IMG/VR virus record: IMGVR_UViG_3300042465_007464
Coordinates: 45,601-109,600 of that record
DNA from: a virus
Direction: 5' to 3' (one strand)
Length of the DNA stretch: 64,000 bases
Below, in pieces: positions 9,895 through 21,400 of this stretch (its first letter is position 1; each line of letters opens with the position of its first letter). The notes beneath the pieces are model-generated. The model saw only the letters and a list, made by a program, of their open reading frames with translations, ran no database searches and was not told the origin of the DNA. A program made the position numbers and the translations under genes.

Positions 9895-10476
9895 TTAAAC
9901 AGATTTAACCGATTTTTTATTTAATAACGCTTTTGAAATATTTTCAGAATGTTTTGCAGTTCGCGGTGGTTTCTTTTTATTTTTAAGTGACTTACTAATA
10001 TTAAGTTTATGTTCATCACTCATTGGCCCACGACTTAAACCAGATTTACCTTTATTCCATGGAATGCGCCCCTTTCCAGCTTTAGAAATTTTTTCTCGAG
10101 TTTCTATAGAATATTTAACGGTTTTTCCTTTATTTTGTTTACCTAATTGTTGTACAATCATTTGTTGCAGTTGTTTACAACGACTATATTCTTTCGAACT
10201 AATGATATAATTTCGTTCATGTTTTGAACTTTGATGATTCATCATTCTCCATAGTGCATAATGCAATTTTGTTTCGTTAAGATAAATTTCACAAAGAAGT
10301 TTATGTGCTATGAAATGTTCTCGAGCTGTAAGTAATACTAAATTAGTTTTATTATTTCGTCCATTTAAACATTTAGGAACGATATGATGTCGTTCGAAAT
10401 ATATGCCGCGACCTTTTTTACGATTCTCAGATTGACATCGCGCTATTAATTGTTCGTATATTTTTTTATAATTCAT
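9895..10476 (-). CDS. Free-standing HNH homing endonuclease with NUMOD3-like repeats
   Basis: ERHHIVPKC..G.N...NLVLLTAREHFIAHKLL; ETREKIS..GKGRIPWNKG; SDEHKLNIS. Confidence 0.88.
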   Translation of the reverse strand: MNYKKIYEQLIARCQSENRKKGRGIYFERHHIVPKCLNGRNNKTNLVLLTAREHFIAHKLLCEIYLNETKLHYALWRMMNHQSSKHERNYIISSKEYSRCKQLQQMIVQQLGKQNKGKTVKYSIETREKISKAGKGRIPWNKGKSGLSRGPMSDEHKLNISKSLKNKKKPPRTAKHSENISKALLNKKSVKSV

Positions 10477-10483
10477 TACTAAA

Positions 10484-13400
10484 TCATCGTGCGTACTTTA
10501 ATACTCCTAGTAACTGATTTACTGGCGCAAAAGCACCTGTCATTTTATATGTATGCCCCTTGTACACAAATACTATGCCTTCTGCTGGTATTATGGCATC
10601 AAATCCTCCAAGCCGTTGTATACGGCGTAATTCCAATTCCAATTTAGATATTGTAGCAGGATTACCTGTTGCTTGTAAATCTTTGATAAGTTCTGCCAAT
10701 TCCGTTTTAATTTGCTGAACTGTTTTATCTGGATTTGCGGCAAGGAAGTTTTCTGCATTTTTCATTACAACTACACCTAATCTTAAAAATATAGATTCAA
10801 ACGGTTCTAAGTTTTGTTTGCGATACGCTTTGAAATCTTTTTTATCGAATTCAGTTACCCATGCGGCAAATTCCGGACTTGCAATTTGTTTTTTAAGCAT
10901 GGCAATATTAGTTGATTTATCATCAAATGACCAACGCAATACGAGTGCATTTAAAACATCTTCTGGAATTTGATATCCCAATTCTTGTGCTTTACTTGCA
11001 ATAACATCGCGCCACCATGCTTTATGATATTCGCGAATCATGTCCTGATCTTTTAATCCGTAACGTTTTTCTAGTTGTTCTATTTCTGCAAAAAATGCTG
11101 CTTGTTGATCTTCGAAATCCACAGCACGTCCCATTTTGATGCGTTGCGGTGGAATAAATGAAAATGTATTTTGCATATGTGCATTTGCATCTTGTATGAT
11201 TCGTTGCATCATTGCGCCCCCACCTAAATCCGTTTCTACAGTATTACCGGCTTCATCATATTCTACTAAATTGTGAAATTGAAGATGTGCTTTGTCATAT
11301 GATATTACGTTTCGAGTTGCTGGATATATTATTTCCATGTTAGCAAATACTCTACCATTTTTGAATATTTGTGCTAATCGTTCTGCAGGTATTTGACGCA
11401 TTGCTTCCGTTAAATCTTCTGCACACGCACGATATGCATCTACGACACGTTGATAATTTGCTCCAGCATCTGCACCATTCTTTTGTGTAGTCTCTTGTTG
11501 TTTGCGTTCAAAATCTGCAATCAATTGATCTGGAGTCATTGGATTAATGATAGTGCCTTTGTTTCTGGCAAATCCTGGCTGTCCATCTTTCCAAGTAACT
11601 TGAATGTTTTGTCCATCAGTTTTTTCAGAAACGGCTTCTTCCATGTCTAATCGACCCGACAATGCACGTGCTACGATTTCTTTCATATCACCAAATGTCA
11701 GTCCGTGATCATCCCATGGATGTGCCATATGCCCTGCTGCGCCTCCGCAAACTAATAATTGTTTAGTTTCGTGTTCAAAAATCATTTCTTGCAATTCGAT
11801 AAAAGAAATAGATGATTTTATATTTTTTGTTTCATTGATTATACTAGGCAATATTTCTAAATTACAGAAATGTGCAATAATATTTGGATCAACATTATTA
11901 ACAAATCCATCGAATATTGAATATTTATGATCTAAATGAAATTTTTTACTTCGTTTCTCTATATCTTTTATTTGATCTTTATATTGTTTTATAGTACGTT
12001 CTGATAGTTTTCTTACTTCATCGCGATATCTAATATATTCTGGTTTTTTATTTGGATCTAAATATCTACCAGATGCATATGCTCGAGTTCGAATTTCTTC
12101 TAATTGTTTTTTCGCGCGTACGATGTTGTGTGGTAATGCTGCAGCATTTGTTACGTTATATTTTTCAAGTAATGTTTTACGTTGTTTTTCAATATTATTG
12201 AAATTCGAATCTCCATACTTATTAAGTTTTGTTTGTTTTATTTTATCTACTAATTGTATATCATTCATTGGATTATTTTCAGATAAGCTTATTCGTAATG
12301 AATCTGAAATAGTTTTTGAATCCGGGAATTGTTTTTTATATTCATTAATTGTAGTTTGATGTTTGAACTTTAAATGATTAGGGGTAATTTGTTTCATAGA
12401 AATGCCACATAATTCACATTTTACGCCTCCTTCTGTTAAAAGTTGTCCTTTGCCCATTGCCGATTCGATACGACTGATACGATAAATAACATCATCTGGA
12501 TCGTTAGATTGCCAGTCTCGACTTTGTGATTTGATAGTACGTGGAATTAATTTAATTTTTCCTTGTTGTCTGTCAAATTCTAATTGGAATGGCATATGTA
12601 TCGGAACATCAAATTTATAATCAGATTCTACACCAGTTAGTTGTTTATTTATAAATTGATCTCTAATTTCTTCACCATATCTATCTGCTAAGTCTTGAAA
12701 TAATAGTTCTAAATCATCCAAACTAATCGGGTCTTCATTTCTAGGATTATTTAATTGATCAATAAAATGCGTAGTTTCGCCTTGAAAATCAACATCGATG
12801 CCATAATCATGAAAGAAACGATCTATGATGGGTTCAATTTCTCGAAGATCCTTGCGCGTAATGTAATCTTCTTTTTCATTGATAATACTTTCAACTAATT
12901 TAGCACCAACCACTGTCTTTGCAAATTTATCAAAATCATATACAAATGATTCGCCGCGATGTTTATCTAAAAATGCACGAAGATGTTTTATTTTTGCGGC
13001 GTGACGTGCCTTCTCTTTTGGAAACATCATGGATTCAACAACATCTTCAACATCTTCTTGCAATTGCGTTTTCCACCACGCTGTTGAAAAAAGTGCAGCT
13101 TCTTGAACTCCGGTTAATATCTGCCAAGCATTTTTTACCGTAGCTTCATCTTGTTCCGGATATGCGTAACGAAATTCGTCATAATTTCTAGTTTGCAATG
13201 CTTGACGAACGTTGGTTGCTGATATCGGTTCTCCCGTTTCATATGTTAATGGCTCAACATCAATCGGCAGTAATGTTGCATCAATACCCGACGGAATTTG
13301 TCGTCCTTTTTTATCTCCAATTGTAGCATATTTGTCTACATTAGGAACGAAATCCATTGCACGAACATAATCATCTCCTTTTTTAGATGCAGCCATTGCA

Positions 13401-13681
13401 TATCGTCCTGTTGCATCTTGCGGCAATGCAAATAAGTATTCATATGCGGCCATGATAGGCGAATTGAATTCGGTAGGTTGCATTTCAATTTTTGGATCTG
13501 AATTCATCAGGTTGAACATTTGCATACTCATTTCGCGAGTAATTCCGTCTCGTTCTTTTGGCCCAATCAACATGATAACACGTCCAACTTGTGGATCTTG
13601 TGCGTAGCGTTGTGCTAATGCTAAATGTGCTCCTGTTAATGGTTTGAATCCTCCCGGGAAAAGTACTGTTATTTTATCCAT
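10484..13681 (-). CDS. Multidomain protein: cytidylyltransferase-like N-terminus, middle domain, inserted Zn-finger/HNH domain, RNA-ligase-like (KxDG) C-terminus
   Basis: FPGGFKPLTGAH and ISATNVR (HIGH-type NTase); GGAAGHMAHP, SEKTDGQN and EGIVF..KMTG (ligase-type nucleotidyltransferase). Confidence 0.7.
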   Translation of the reverse strand: MDKITVLFPGGFKPLTGAHLALAQRYAQDPQVGRVIMLIGPKERDGITREMSMQMFNLMNSDPKIEMQPTEFNSPIMAAYEYLFALPQDATGRYAMAASKKGDDYVRAMDFVPNVDKYATIGDKKGRQIPSGIDATLLPIDVEPLTYETGEPISATNVRQALQTRNYDEFRYAYPEQDEATVKNAWQILTGVQEAALFSTAWWKTQLQEDVEDVVESMMFPKEKARHAAKIKHLRAFLDKHRGESFVYDFDKFAKTVVGAKLVESIINEKEDYITRKDLREIEPIIDRFFHDYGIDVDFQGETTHFIDQLNNPRNEDPISLDDLELLFQDLADRYGEEIRDQFINKQLTGVESDYKFDVPIHMPFQLEFDRQQGKIKLIPRTIKSQSRDWQSNDPDDVIYRISRIESAMGKGQLLTEGGVKCELCGISMKQITPNHLKFKHQTTINEYKKQFPDSKTISDSLRISLSENNPMNDIQLVDKIKQTKLNKYGDSNFNNIEKQRKTLLEKYNVTNAAALPHNIVRAKKQLEEIRTRAYASGRYLDPNKKPEYIRYRDEVRKLSERTIKQYKDQIKDIEKRSKKFHLDHKYSIFDGFVNNVDPNIIAHFCNLEILPSIINETKNIKSSISFIELQEMIFEHETKQLLVCGGAAGHMAHPWDDHGLTFGDMKEIVARALSGRLDMEEAVSEKTDGQNIQVTWKDGQPGFARNKGTIINPMTPDQLIADFERKQQETTQKNGADAGANYQRVVDAYRACAEDLTEAMRQIPAERLAQIFKNGRVFANMEIIYPATRNVISYDKAHLQFHNLVEYDEAGNTVETDLGGGAMMQRIIQDANAHMQNTFSFIPPQRIKMGRAVDFEDQQAAFFAEIEQLEKRYGLKDQDMIREYHKAWWRDVIASKAQELGYQIPEDVLNALVLRWSFDDKSTNIAMLKKQIASPEFAAWVTEFDKKDFKAYRKQNLEPFESIFLRLGVVVMKNAENFLAANPDKTVQQIKTELAELIKDLQATGNPATISKLELELRRIQRLGGFDAIIPAEGIVFVYKGHTYKMTGAFAPVNQLLGVLKYAR
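11740..12430 (-). mobile_element. In-frame 684-nt insert encoding a Zn-finger plus HNH-like endonuclease, flanked by 7-bp direct repeats
   Basis: cgcctcc at 11740-11746 and 12424-12430; AT-rich interior; CELC..HLKFKH and FHLDHKYSI...NLEILP..IN..K. Confidence 0.65.
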
Positions 13682-13717
13682 TACATTTTCTTTTTATATA
13701 AATATATTATTTTCATA

Positions 13718-16700
13718 TTATGCAATTTCGTAACTACCATTCCAAATAAAACGATCGGTGTTTGCCCAAGTAAATGGTTGAGTTGCATTTACATCTAATG
13801 CTGTGCTACCAGTTGATTGGTATTGTATTGCTGTTTTATAATTAAATCCAGCACGTGCACCATTTAATAGGGCATTATACCAAGCAGAACCATTATCTAA
13901 TAAATTTGCTGACATTAATATAGCATCTGCATGTGATGCAGTAAACGGCATCGATACATACCATTCTCCAGATCCAAACGTTGTAGTTGAACCCATTACT
14001 ATGTTGCCTCTAACAAAACATGTTTTACCGACTAATTTATACCACCCTTGTAATGATCCATTTCCAATTGCAGGATTTGAAGATGCGGCTGTCCATGACG
14101 GAGTATATGATGTCCACGCAGTTGTTATGTCTGATCCATTTATCGTTACAGATCCGGTAGATACTATAGATCCTGTTACTCGCAATGATCCAGTAACTAA
14201 AACGCTACCCGTTACATCTAAATTTGCAGATGGTGAAGTTTTACCAATACCAACATTACCTGCAGTATCTATGATAAACGGCGTCGTATCTGGATTTGTT
14301 GAATCTTCTACAAGGAATGATGCTGATGTAGATGTATTGTTGATATGTAATTTTGCCGTTGGTGGATATGCATCGTCACCCATTCCAACGTTACCGTTAG
14401 CCATAATTTGCACCATGGAACTAGTGTAGTTTTGGAACACAAATAAAGGTCTTGTTGATGAACTGGAGATTGCTGTATTATTTGCATATCGAGCTCCCAT
14501 TGATATAAGAGCCGATGTTCCAGTGTCATCTGTTGTTTGTATACGTGTTTGTATACCTAATGCAACTGTGTTTGACCCACTTTGAATTCCTCGTATAAAT
14601 GGAGAAAACACACCGTTAGCAGTAGTACCATTAACTATGTCTAAATATCCATCTGCATCTTGAACTTGTGCTTTGAAAACGTTTTCTGCATTTGCCGATC
14701 CAGATGCAGCTTCTATAGTTAATGGATACGATGATGATGTCGTACGAATACCTATATTACCATTACCTAGCAAAGTCATTGTAGGACGACGTATGCCGTT
14801 ACTACCTACATTTGCAAACATTATTCCACCATCAGGAGTGGTGCCATTGAAATCAGTTTTTTCTATGATTAACCCATCGCCTGAACCTACAGCACCGTTA
14901 TCTTCATATTTAAAACGTGCACCATCTGCCGCAGGAATTCCTGATGATGATTCTGCACCGAAATACAATGCTACATCCCCTACAATACCAGCACGTATTG
15001 AACCACTGACATCTAATAAAGTACTAGCCGGTGGAGTTGTAGTACCAATACCGATATTACCAGCAGCTGTCATCGTCATATAAGTTGTGCCGTTATTTCT
15101 CCATTGAAACAATGGACGGGTTGCGGCTGCGACGGATGAAGCATCAGTTCCAATTCGACTATCAAATACCGTTATTGGAGTTGTTCCAGAATCTACAGCA
15201 CCTCTACCTATTAAAAACGATGCAATTTGTGTTGTTGAATTTTGTCCTAGTATAGTTGGAGTGAAAATACCGTTAGTAGTCGTTCCATTTTGAATTCTTA
15301 AGTAACTGTCAGTATCGTCATCTACTTGGAATCTAGCAATATTTTCTTGTGTACTAGCAACGGCGCTAGTTTGTACATTAAATTGTACTCCGTCGGCTAA
15401 TGCACCAATACCAACTTCTCCAGAACCGGATATCGATAATCTTGGAAAATTATTTGTAATAAGTAATAAATTTCTATCTACAACATTTCCAAAAATAGTA
15501 TTTGTAAGTGAACTATAATCCAATGTTCCAATATGTGAAGATGAGCTCGATTCGATTTGAATTACTGGTCCGTCAGTTTCTAAATTCCGTATATACAATA
15601 TCCCATTTGGATTAGAAACTGATGACGTAAGATAAAAAAATTGAGGATATAATATCGGAATATTAGCATATCCGCCGGCTGGAGATACTTCTAATATTTC
15701 AGATACTTCTACTATGTGTGCAAATTGACGAAATGTTTGTAATGCATTTTCATAATGATTACTTAAATAACTAACAGTCCAAAATTCTGCACTTTGTAAC
15801 AACGTTGCTCGACAATTATAATCTAATGGCATAACCACGCCATCGTAATTTGTTCCCGCAACAGTTGCACGTCCTCTTTGAAATGCAATAGAATAGTTAT
15901 CGTAGCCATCATTGCCTTGAATGTACGAATCGGGCATATTTGGATGTGGTGCATTTTTAGCAAGGTATATCTTATTTGTTTGCGGATATTCCGATTCTAT
16001 AACAATAATTGACCCATATGAACGATATTGTCCAGACGACCCCCAAGAATCTGGATGTATTTTTATAGCACCTATAGGATACATTGTTTGTGATCCGGTA
16101 GAAAAGTTAGCTGGAAATTTTACGAACATTGCCGGCGAGGTACTTCCTGTGTAATTAGAATCGTGACTGCCAGTTAAATTTAAACACATATATGTACGAC
16201 CGCCATACGTATATGTTGACAAATGCGGATCCGAACTACTACTGATTTGTACTACTCGATATACATATAAATCTGCAGTATTAGTTCCTCGAAAATCGCC
16301 ATTACTAGCAGTAATATTTCCTGCACTATCTAAATGAAATCCACTTGATGAAATTTCAATATTACCATTTGCGCCTGATATAAACTGATTAGAACTACCT
16401 ACAAAGAATTTATCCGTACGGATATCTAATTCCGAATCTCGAGTTGAATAACGAAGATAACTTGCGGTATTCGCATACAATTCAATACCTACACCACTAT
16501 ACGCAGCGCCTTTACTTGTAGAACCCGATAATGCAGACCCAGACCATATTAAGAATCCCGGATTGCCTGCATCGAACCCTGTATACCCTAAGGATCTAAC
16601 ATATCCCGTGTTACGTTGTCCGGTAATTGCAATACCTGAACCTAATGCGTCAGCTACATACAATGAACCAGTTATCATAGAATAATCGCCATCTATGTAA

Positions 16701-18391
16701 CGATTTCCACCTTGCCATGATTTATCGTTAACATATGTTATTTGTTTGCTTCGATCTCCAGCTACATTGTAATATTCTATTTTAAATGAAAGTTGATTTC
16801 CTGATTTATGTGCTGTTGGAACTAAACTTCGTATACGAGTGTAATTTGGAGTATATCCTGAATCATTATCCGTTGTAGTTCGTACATCGGAAAATTGCCA
16901 AGTACCATTTTCCAAAACCAATAACAATGTAGCAGTTCCATCTTTATCTGCTTCGAAATTGAATACATAATCATCTAAACGTTGATTATCACTATCTAAT
17001 TCAATTTCTCCAATTCTGCGTCCTAATATAACAGGTAGTTGTTGATTGAATAAATCAGTGGAATCGAAATTGAATGCACTACCAGATAAATATACAGATA
17101 GTTTAGGTAGCAATTCATTATTGCTAGTTCCTATTGCATCAATTGTTATTTTGTATTCAGCTCCGCCAACAAATGTTGCAGCGTACGCAGATTTTATTTG
17201 TGCTACATGAACTGCATCAGATGCAGATACATCCGTACTACTAGAAACTAACATTGCATTGTTAAGTGATGAAGTAGTCCAAGTTAACGTAGGTGCCGTT
17301 GCTGTAGTTTTTCCTATATACGTACGTGCTTCCCAATACGTATCAATTATGCTTTGTGAAGTAAATGAACCGATACTTAAATATGGACTTAATGATGCGG
17401 TGCTACTTACAAACATTTCAGTTTCTACTAGTTCAACATCATTAATCAATTCCCACGTGCCAACAGTACCGTTATTGTTCATAAACGTTTTGATACGTGC
17501 AACATCGCCAGTTGCGGGTTGTAAACCTCGTATTTCTATTGCTGCATACGACTCGGAATTTTGAGTTGCAACATATGTAGGAGTTGCTTCATATGAAATT
17601 GAATATGAAGATGCATCAAAATTTTTGTAAGTATGAACGGTCATACTTGCACTATGTAATACTTGATATTCTGTATCTAATAGTGCTAACGAATCTGATA
17701 GTATTTTTTTTATTGTTGTAGTATACGCAGTTGTAGATAGCGTATAATCGGGAGTTGGAGTAGGATTTTGTGGCGTCGAAACTGTAATAGTTCCACCTAC
17801 CATATCTCTGGTAAATTTTCCGTTGTATAATTGTATAGCTGGTTGTTCTTGATATGATGTATATTGTACGGTGCCTGTTGAATACGTAGGAAATTGACCG
17901 TTCGTATACACGCGGTCTAAATGTACACCTACTTGTTCCGTAATATTTACTGTTGGTAATTCATCAAAAACAATTTCCGTTATATTCGGAGACATCGCAT
18001 TTACCGTAGATTCTCGAGTCCATTTAACGTTAGGAAGTCCTTGCCATTCATCGGGTACGTTAGCTGATTGGCCAATCATCGTAACCGTGCATGCACCAGA
18101 CGGAGTTTCTTCATAAACGTATATGGAAATGATTATGGAACCATCATCTGTTAAATAATCGACTACTTCATAATAAATCGGTTCGCCATTGAAATCAATT
18201 ATTTCAATATCTATAGGACTTCCATAAACAAATGCATCAGGATTACCTTTAAATCTAAATGAATTTTTACCAGCAGTAAATTGCGTAGGAAATTCAGTAA
18301 TTTGAAAATAATCCGGAGAATCTAGTGACGTATCTTCAACGTAAACTGGAGTATTTTGTAAATCTTTATAAATTATTTCTTTGCGTTTCAT
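13718..18391 (-). CDS. Large tail fibre / baseplate-associated protein
   Basis: 1557 aa, S/T/G-rich, repeated GN(I/V)GIG.T.P units, tail-fibre-like C-terminus. Confidence 0.7.
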   Translation of the reverse strand: MKRKEIIYKDLQNTPVYVEDTSLDSPDYFQITEFPTQFTAGKNSFRFKGNPDAFVYGSPIDIEIIDFNGEPIYYEVVDYLTDDGSIIISIYVYEETPSGACTVTMIGQSANVPDEWQGLPNVKWTRESTVNAMSPNITEIVFDELPTVNITEQVGVHLDRVYTNGQFPTYSTGTVQYTSYQEQPAIQLYNGKFTRDMVGGTITVSTPQNPTPTPDYTLSTTAYTTTIKKILSDSLALLDTEYQVLHSASMTVHTYKNFDASSYSISYEATPTYVATQNSESYAAIEIRGLQPATGDVARIKTFMNNNGTVGTWELINDVELVETEMFVSSTASLSPYLSIGSFTSQSIIDTYWEARTYIGKTTATAPTLTWTTSSLNNAMLVSSSTDVSASDAVHVAQIKSAYAATFVGGAEYKITIDAIGTSNNELLPKLSVYLSGSAFNFDSTDLFNQQLPVILGRRIGEIELDSDNQRLDDYVFNFEADKDGTATLLLVLENGTWQFSDVRTTTDNDSGYTPNYTRIRSLVPTAHKSGNQLSFKIEYYNVAGDRSKQITYVNDKSWQGGNRYIDGDYSMITGSLYVADALGSGIAITGQRNTGYVRSLGYTGFDAGNPGFLIWSGSALSGSTSKGAAYSGVGIELYANTASYLRYSTRDSELDIRTDKFFVGSSNQFISGANGNIEISSSGFHLDSAGNITASNGDFRGTNTADLYVYRVVQISSSSDPHLSTYTYGGRTYMCLNLTGSHDSNYTGSTSPAMFVKFPANFSTGSQTMYPIGAIKIHPDSWGSSGQYRSYGSIIVIESEYPQTNKIYLAKNAPHPNMPDSYIQGNDGYDNYSIAFQRGRATVAGTNYDGVVMPLDYNCRATLLQSAEFWTVSYLSNHYENALQTFRQFAHIVEVSEILEVSPAGGYANIPILYPQFFYLTSSVSNPNGILYIRNLETDGPVIQIESSSSSHIGTLDYSSLTNTIFGNVVDRNLLLITNNFPRLSISGSGEVGIGALADGVQFNVQTSAVASTQENIARFQVDDDTDSYLRIQNGTTTNGIFTPTILGQNSTTQIASFLIGRGAVDSGTTPITVFDSRIGTDASSVAAATRPLFQWRNNGTTYMTMTAAGNIGIGTTTPPASTLLDVSGSIRAGIVGDVALYFGAESSSGIPAADGARFKYEDNGAVGSGDGLIIEKTDFNGTTPDGGIMFANVGSNGIRRPTMTLLGNGNIGIRTTSSSYPLTIEAASGSANAENVFKAQVQDADGYLDIVNGTTANGVFSPFIRGIQSGSNTVALGIQTRIQTTDDTGTSALISMGARYANNTAISSSSTRPLFVFQNYTSSMVQIMANGNVGMGDDAYPPTAKLHINNTSTSASFLVEDSTNPDTTPFIIDTAGNVGIGKTSPSANLDVTGSVLVTGSLRVTGSIVSTGSVTINGSDITTAWTSYTPSWTAASSNPAIGNGSLQGWYKLVGKTCFVRGNIVMGSTTTFGSGEWYVSMPFTASHADAILMSANLLDNGSAWYNALLNGARAGFNYKTAIQYQSTGSTALDVNATQPFTWANTDRFIWNGSYEIA

Positions 18392-18418
18392 CCACAGATA
18401 TTCTTTTTATATAAATAT

Positions 18419-21400
18419 CTATGCGTGTTGAATATGGCTGAATCCGTTTATCTTATTTACTTCAATTAAATTATCAACCATGTCTCGCATAGTATCAACG
18501 TGTGAAATAATGATTGAGAAATCAAATTTAGTTCGGAAATAATCAAATAAATTTACTACCGAAGAAATGTGTTCTGCATCTAATGAACCCCACCCTTCAT
18601 CTATTGCAATGAAATTTGGACGAGGCAATGCTGATACATTGATAAGCGCAATTCGTATTGCAAGTGATGAAATGAATCGTTCCATACCACTTGTTAATTC
18701 TAATGGCCAAAAATTATCTTCATCATATATAATGTATCCATTGATGTTTTTTCCATCACTTTGAAGCACCATGTTGAAATCTACAACTTGATTGAGAACA
18801 TTGTTTATTTCAGTTTCAATTTTAGGCATCGCTTTTGTGATTAATTCATATGGCACGCCATCACGTTTAACTGAATCTAAATAATATTCGTATGCTTTGT
18901 ATTCCGTTTCAAGTTGTTTGTACGTTTCAAGTTGTTGCAATGCCGTTTTCTTTTCAGTCTTTGCAACTTCAATTGCCCCATGTTTGCTTCGAATCGTACC
19001 AGTTATAGTTTTTATTTGTGTTGCAATTTCATCGATACGTCCTCGTTTAGTTTCAATTTTCGTATCAACCGTTTTATTGTGTTTGATTGAAGTTTCATTA
19101 GCACGGAATGATTCTTGTCGTTCTAAACATGTTTCTAGTTCAGATTCGCGAGTTTGCAAATCATTTTCTAAAATTTGCAATTGCAATTCTTTGCGTTCCA
19201 TGTTATTTTTATCTGTTACAATTCCTCGTTGCAATGCAACAACTTCACGTTGTGTTTCATATACTGATTGTAATTTTGAAATTGCATCAAACACCGAATC
19301 GCGTTCCGTTTGCAATGTATTCAGTAACTGCAAATCTGCAACAATCGTATTTTGGGCTTCGATTGCATTTTGTACGAAAACGTTAGATGTACAGTATTGG
19401 CAGTTCGGATCGTATTCATGTTCGGCAAGGTGTTCAATTTTTTCTTGTTTTGCATCGATAATTCCTTGTTGTGTCTTAATTTGTTTGTTCGAATCGTTTA
19501 GTTGTGTGTTTAGTTTATCACAAATTTCAATATCCGTTTCAATTTGTTTAACGTCGTATTGTTTGAGTGTGGCTTTATTAGTATTGATTACAGATTCTAA
19601 ATTTTCAATTTCAGCTTCCGCAGTTTCAATTTCAGATTGTAGTTTTGTTATTTTTTGTGTCAGTGCCGTTTCAACGCGTTCCAATTCCGTTACATCTGGA
19701 CCTGTGTAAGTTGTTGGTAATTTAGTTTCAATCAATGCAAGAATGTCATTCTGTAACATGTTGCGTTCTTCTTGCAATGCATCTTCTTCCGTTTCTAAAT
19801 TGTTGATATCATCCTGATTTGCTGAGATAATTTCATCAGCTTCTGTAATGATAATATCGAATTTTGTTTGTTTAAACGTTTTTAATTTACCTGCAGTTTC
19901 TTTGATTTCATCTGCGGCAAGTTGATACAATTGTTCAAACACCGTAATGTCTAAGAATTGTGAAAGCAAATCTTTGCGTTCTTTTTGTGACTTTTCAATG
20001 AAATTGTTGTTGTCAGCTTGAAGTGAAAATGCAGTTAAAATGAAATCATCGTACGTACCTAAATAGCGACGTATTGCTTTATTTGTATCGCTACGTTCTT
20101 CGCCGTTCAAGTTTTCCGATTCAGTATAAAAATCAACATCTACTTTAACGTGCGATTCTTTTTTCTTGTTTTGTAATCCGCGACGTTCAATTGTGTAAGT
20201 AACGCCGTTCATTTCAAACTTAAACGCTCCACGAAACCAATTCTTCTTGTTGTTTAAAACTTCATTCGCTTTACCCGTTTTGCTACATTTATCAAATATA
20301 GTATACGTAATCGCATCTAACAAAGAAGATTTACCAGATGTATTTGCTGCGAATAAACCGCATACGTCTTTTAAATTATCAAAATGTATAACGTTACCTT
20401 CGCCATACGAAAACATGTTATCAAATTCAAAACTTATCGGATGCCACGTTGTGTGACGAATTGATTCAACTGCTGGCAATTTTGAATTGATTGTTCGATT
20501 GATGTGACGTATTGCATCTAGTTCAGCTGGAGTGGCTTGCGGATAATTAACTTCAATGTAATCTGTTATTAGCGTATTCTGATATTCAGCATCGCGAACA
20601 TTACCAATGCTAAATGATGATGTTGCGTTTGAATTTGAAATTGCAGAACTGCGTTGCACCGTAATGTCTTGTACATTGTATTTTTTACGGATAGTTGCAA
20701 TTAATTTTTGCATATCTGCTGCACTCGTATCATGAAACTTGATTCTGATGCGAGGCTTATTTGGCATTCGATGTGGAGATGCTACTATAGAAGTTCCATT
20801 GGTTTCGATAGTTACATAACCGTAATCATTTTGAATTTCAACAAACTCAGCACGCCGAGCTTCAACGTCCCATACCAATATTCCATGGTCCAATGCTTCG
20901 CCGTGATTTTGTTGAATTAATGAACCCGGATATGCAACTGTATGTTCATCATCTAAGAATTGTGCCGGTTTATGAATATCACCTAACAACGTAATGTCAT
21001 GTCCTTTAAACATATCAACCGTTACATGTTCATTTGATATTTGATAACCAATATCAGTTTTTGCAGTATTCACAGCGCCATGATGCAACGCAATTTTATA
21101 AGGAGCGTCGAAATCTGCAGCTTTGATGTATTCTGCCGGAGCTACGTCAACTGCCATGTGATTCCAAGTCACGCCACCAAATTCAAACAAACCATTTTCT
21201 TTTATGAAAATGATATTGTCGTTGTTGATAACATCTAACACGGGGCTAACAGCATCGACACGATGCATATTATTCAAATTCATGTCGTGATTACCTAGTA
21301 TAACAATTGTAGATATTTTGAAGCCGTTAAAGAACTCCACAAGCATTTGCACTAACTCTGGCGACATATCTAACTTACTATGAACAATGTCCCCAGTGAC

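Noticed and set aside
11740-12430. Intein or group I intron
   Set aside because: No intein splice-junction residues; the insert is fully coding in frame with no recognisable ribozyme core
13718-18391. Diversity-generating retroelement target
   Set aside because: No reverse transcriptase or template/variable repeat pair seen in this window
18897-19709. 270-aa + strand ORF and similar + strand ORFs across 1-42 kb
   Set aside because: Antisense shadows of well-supported minus-strand genes
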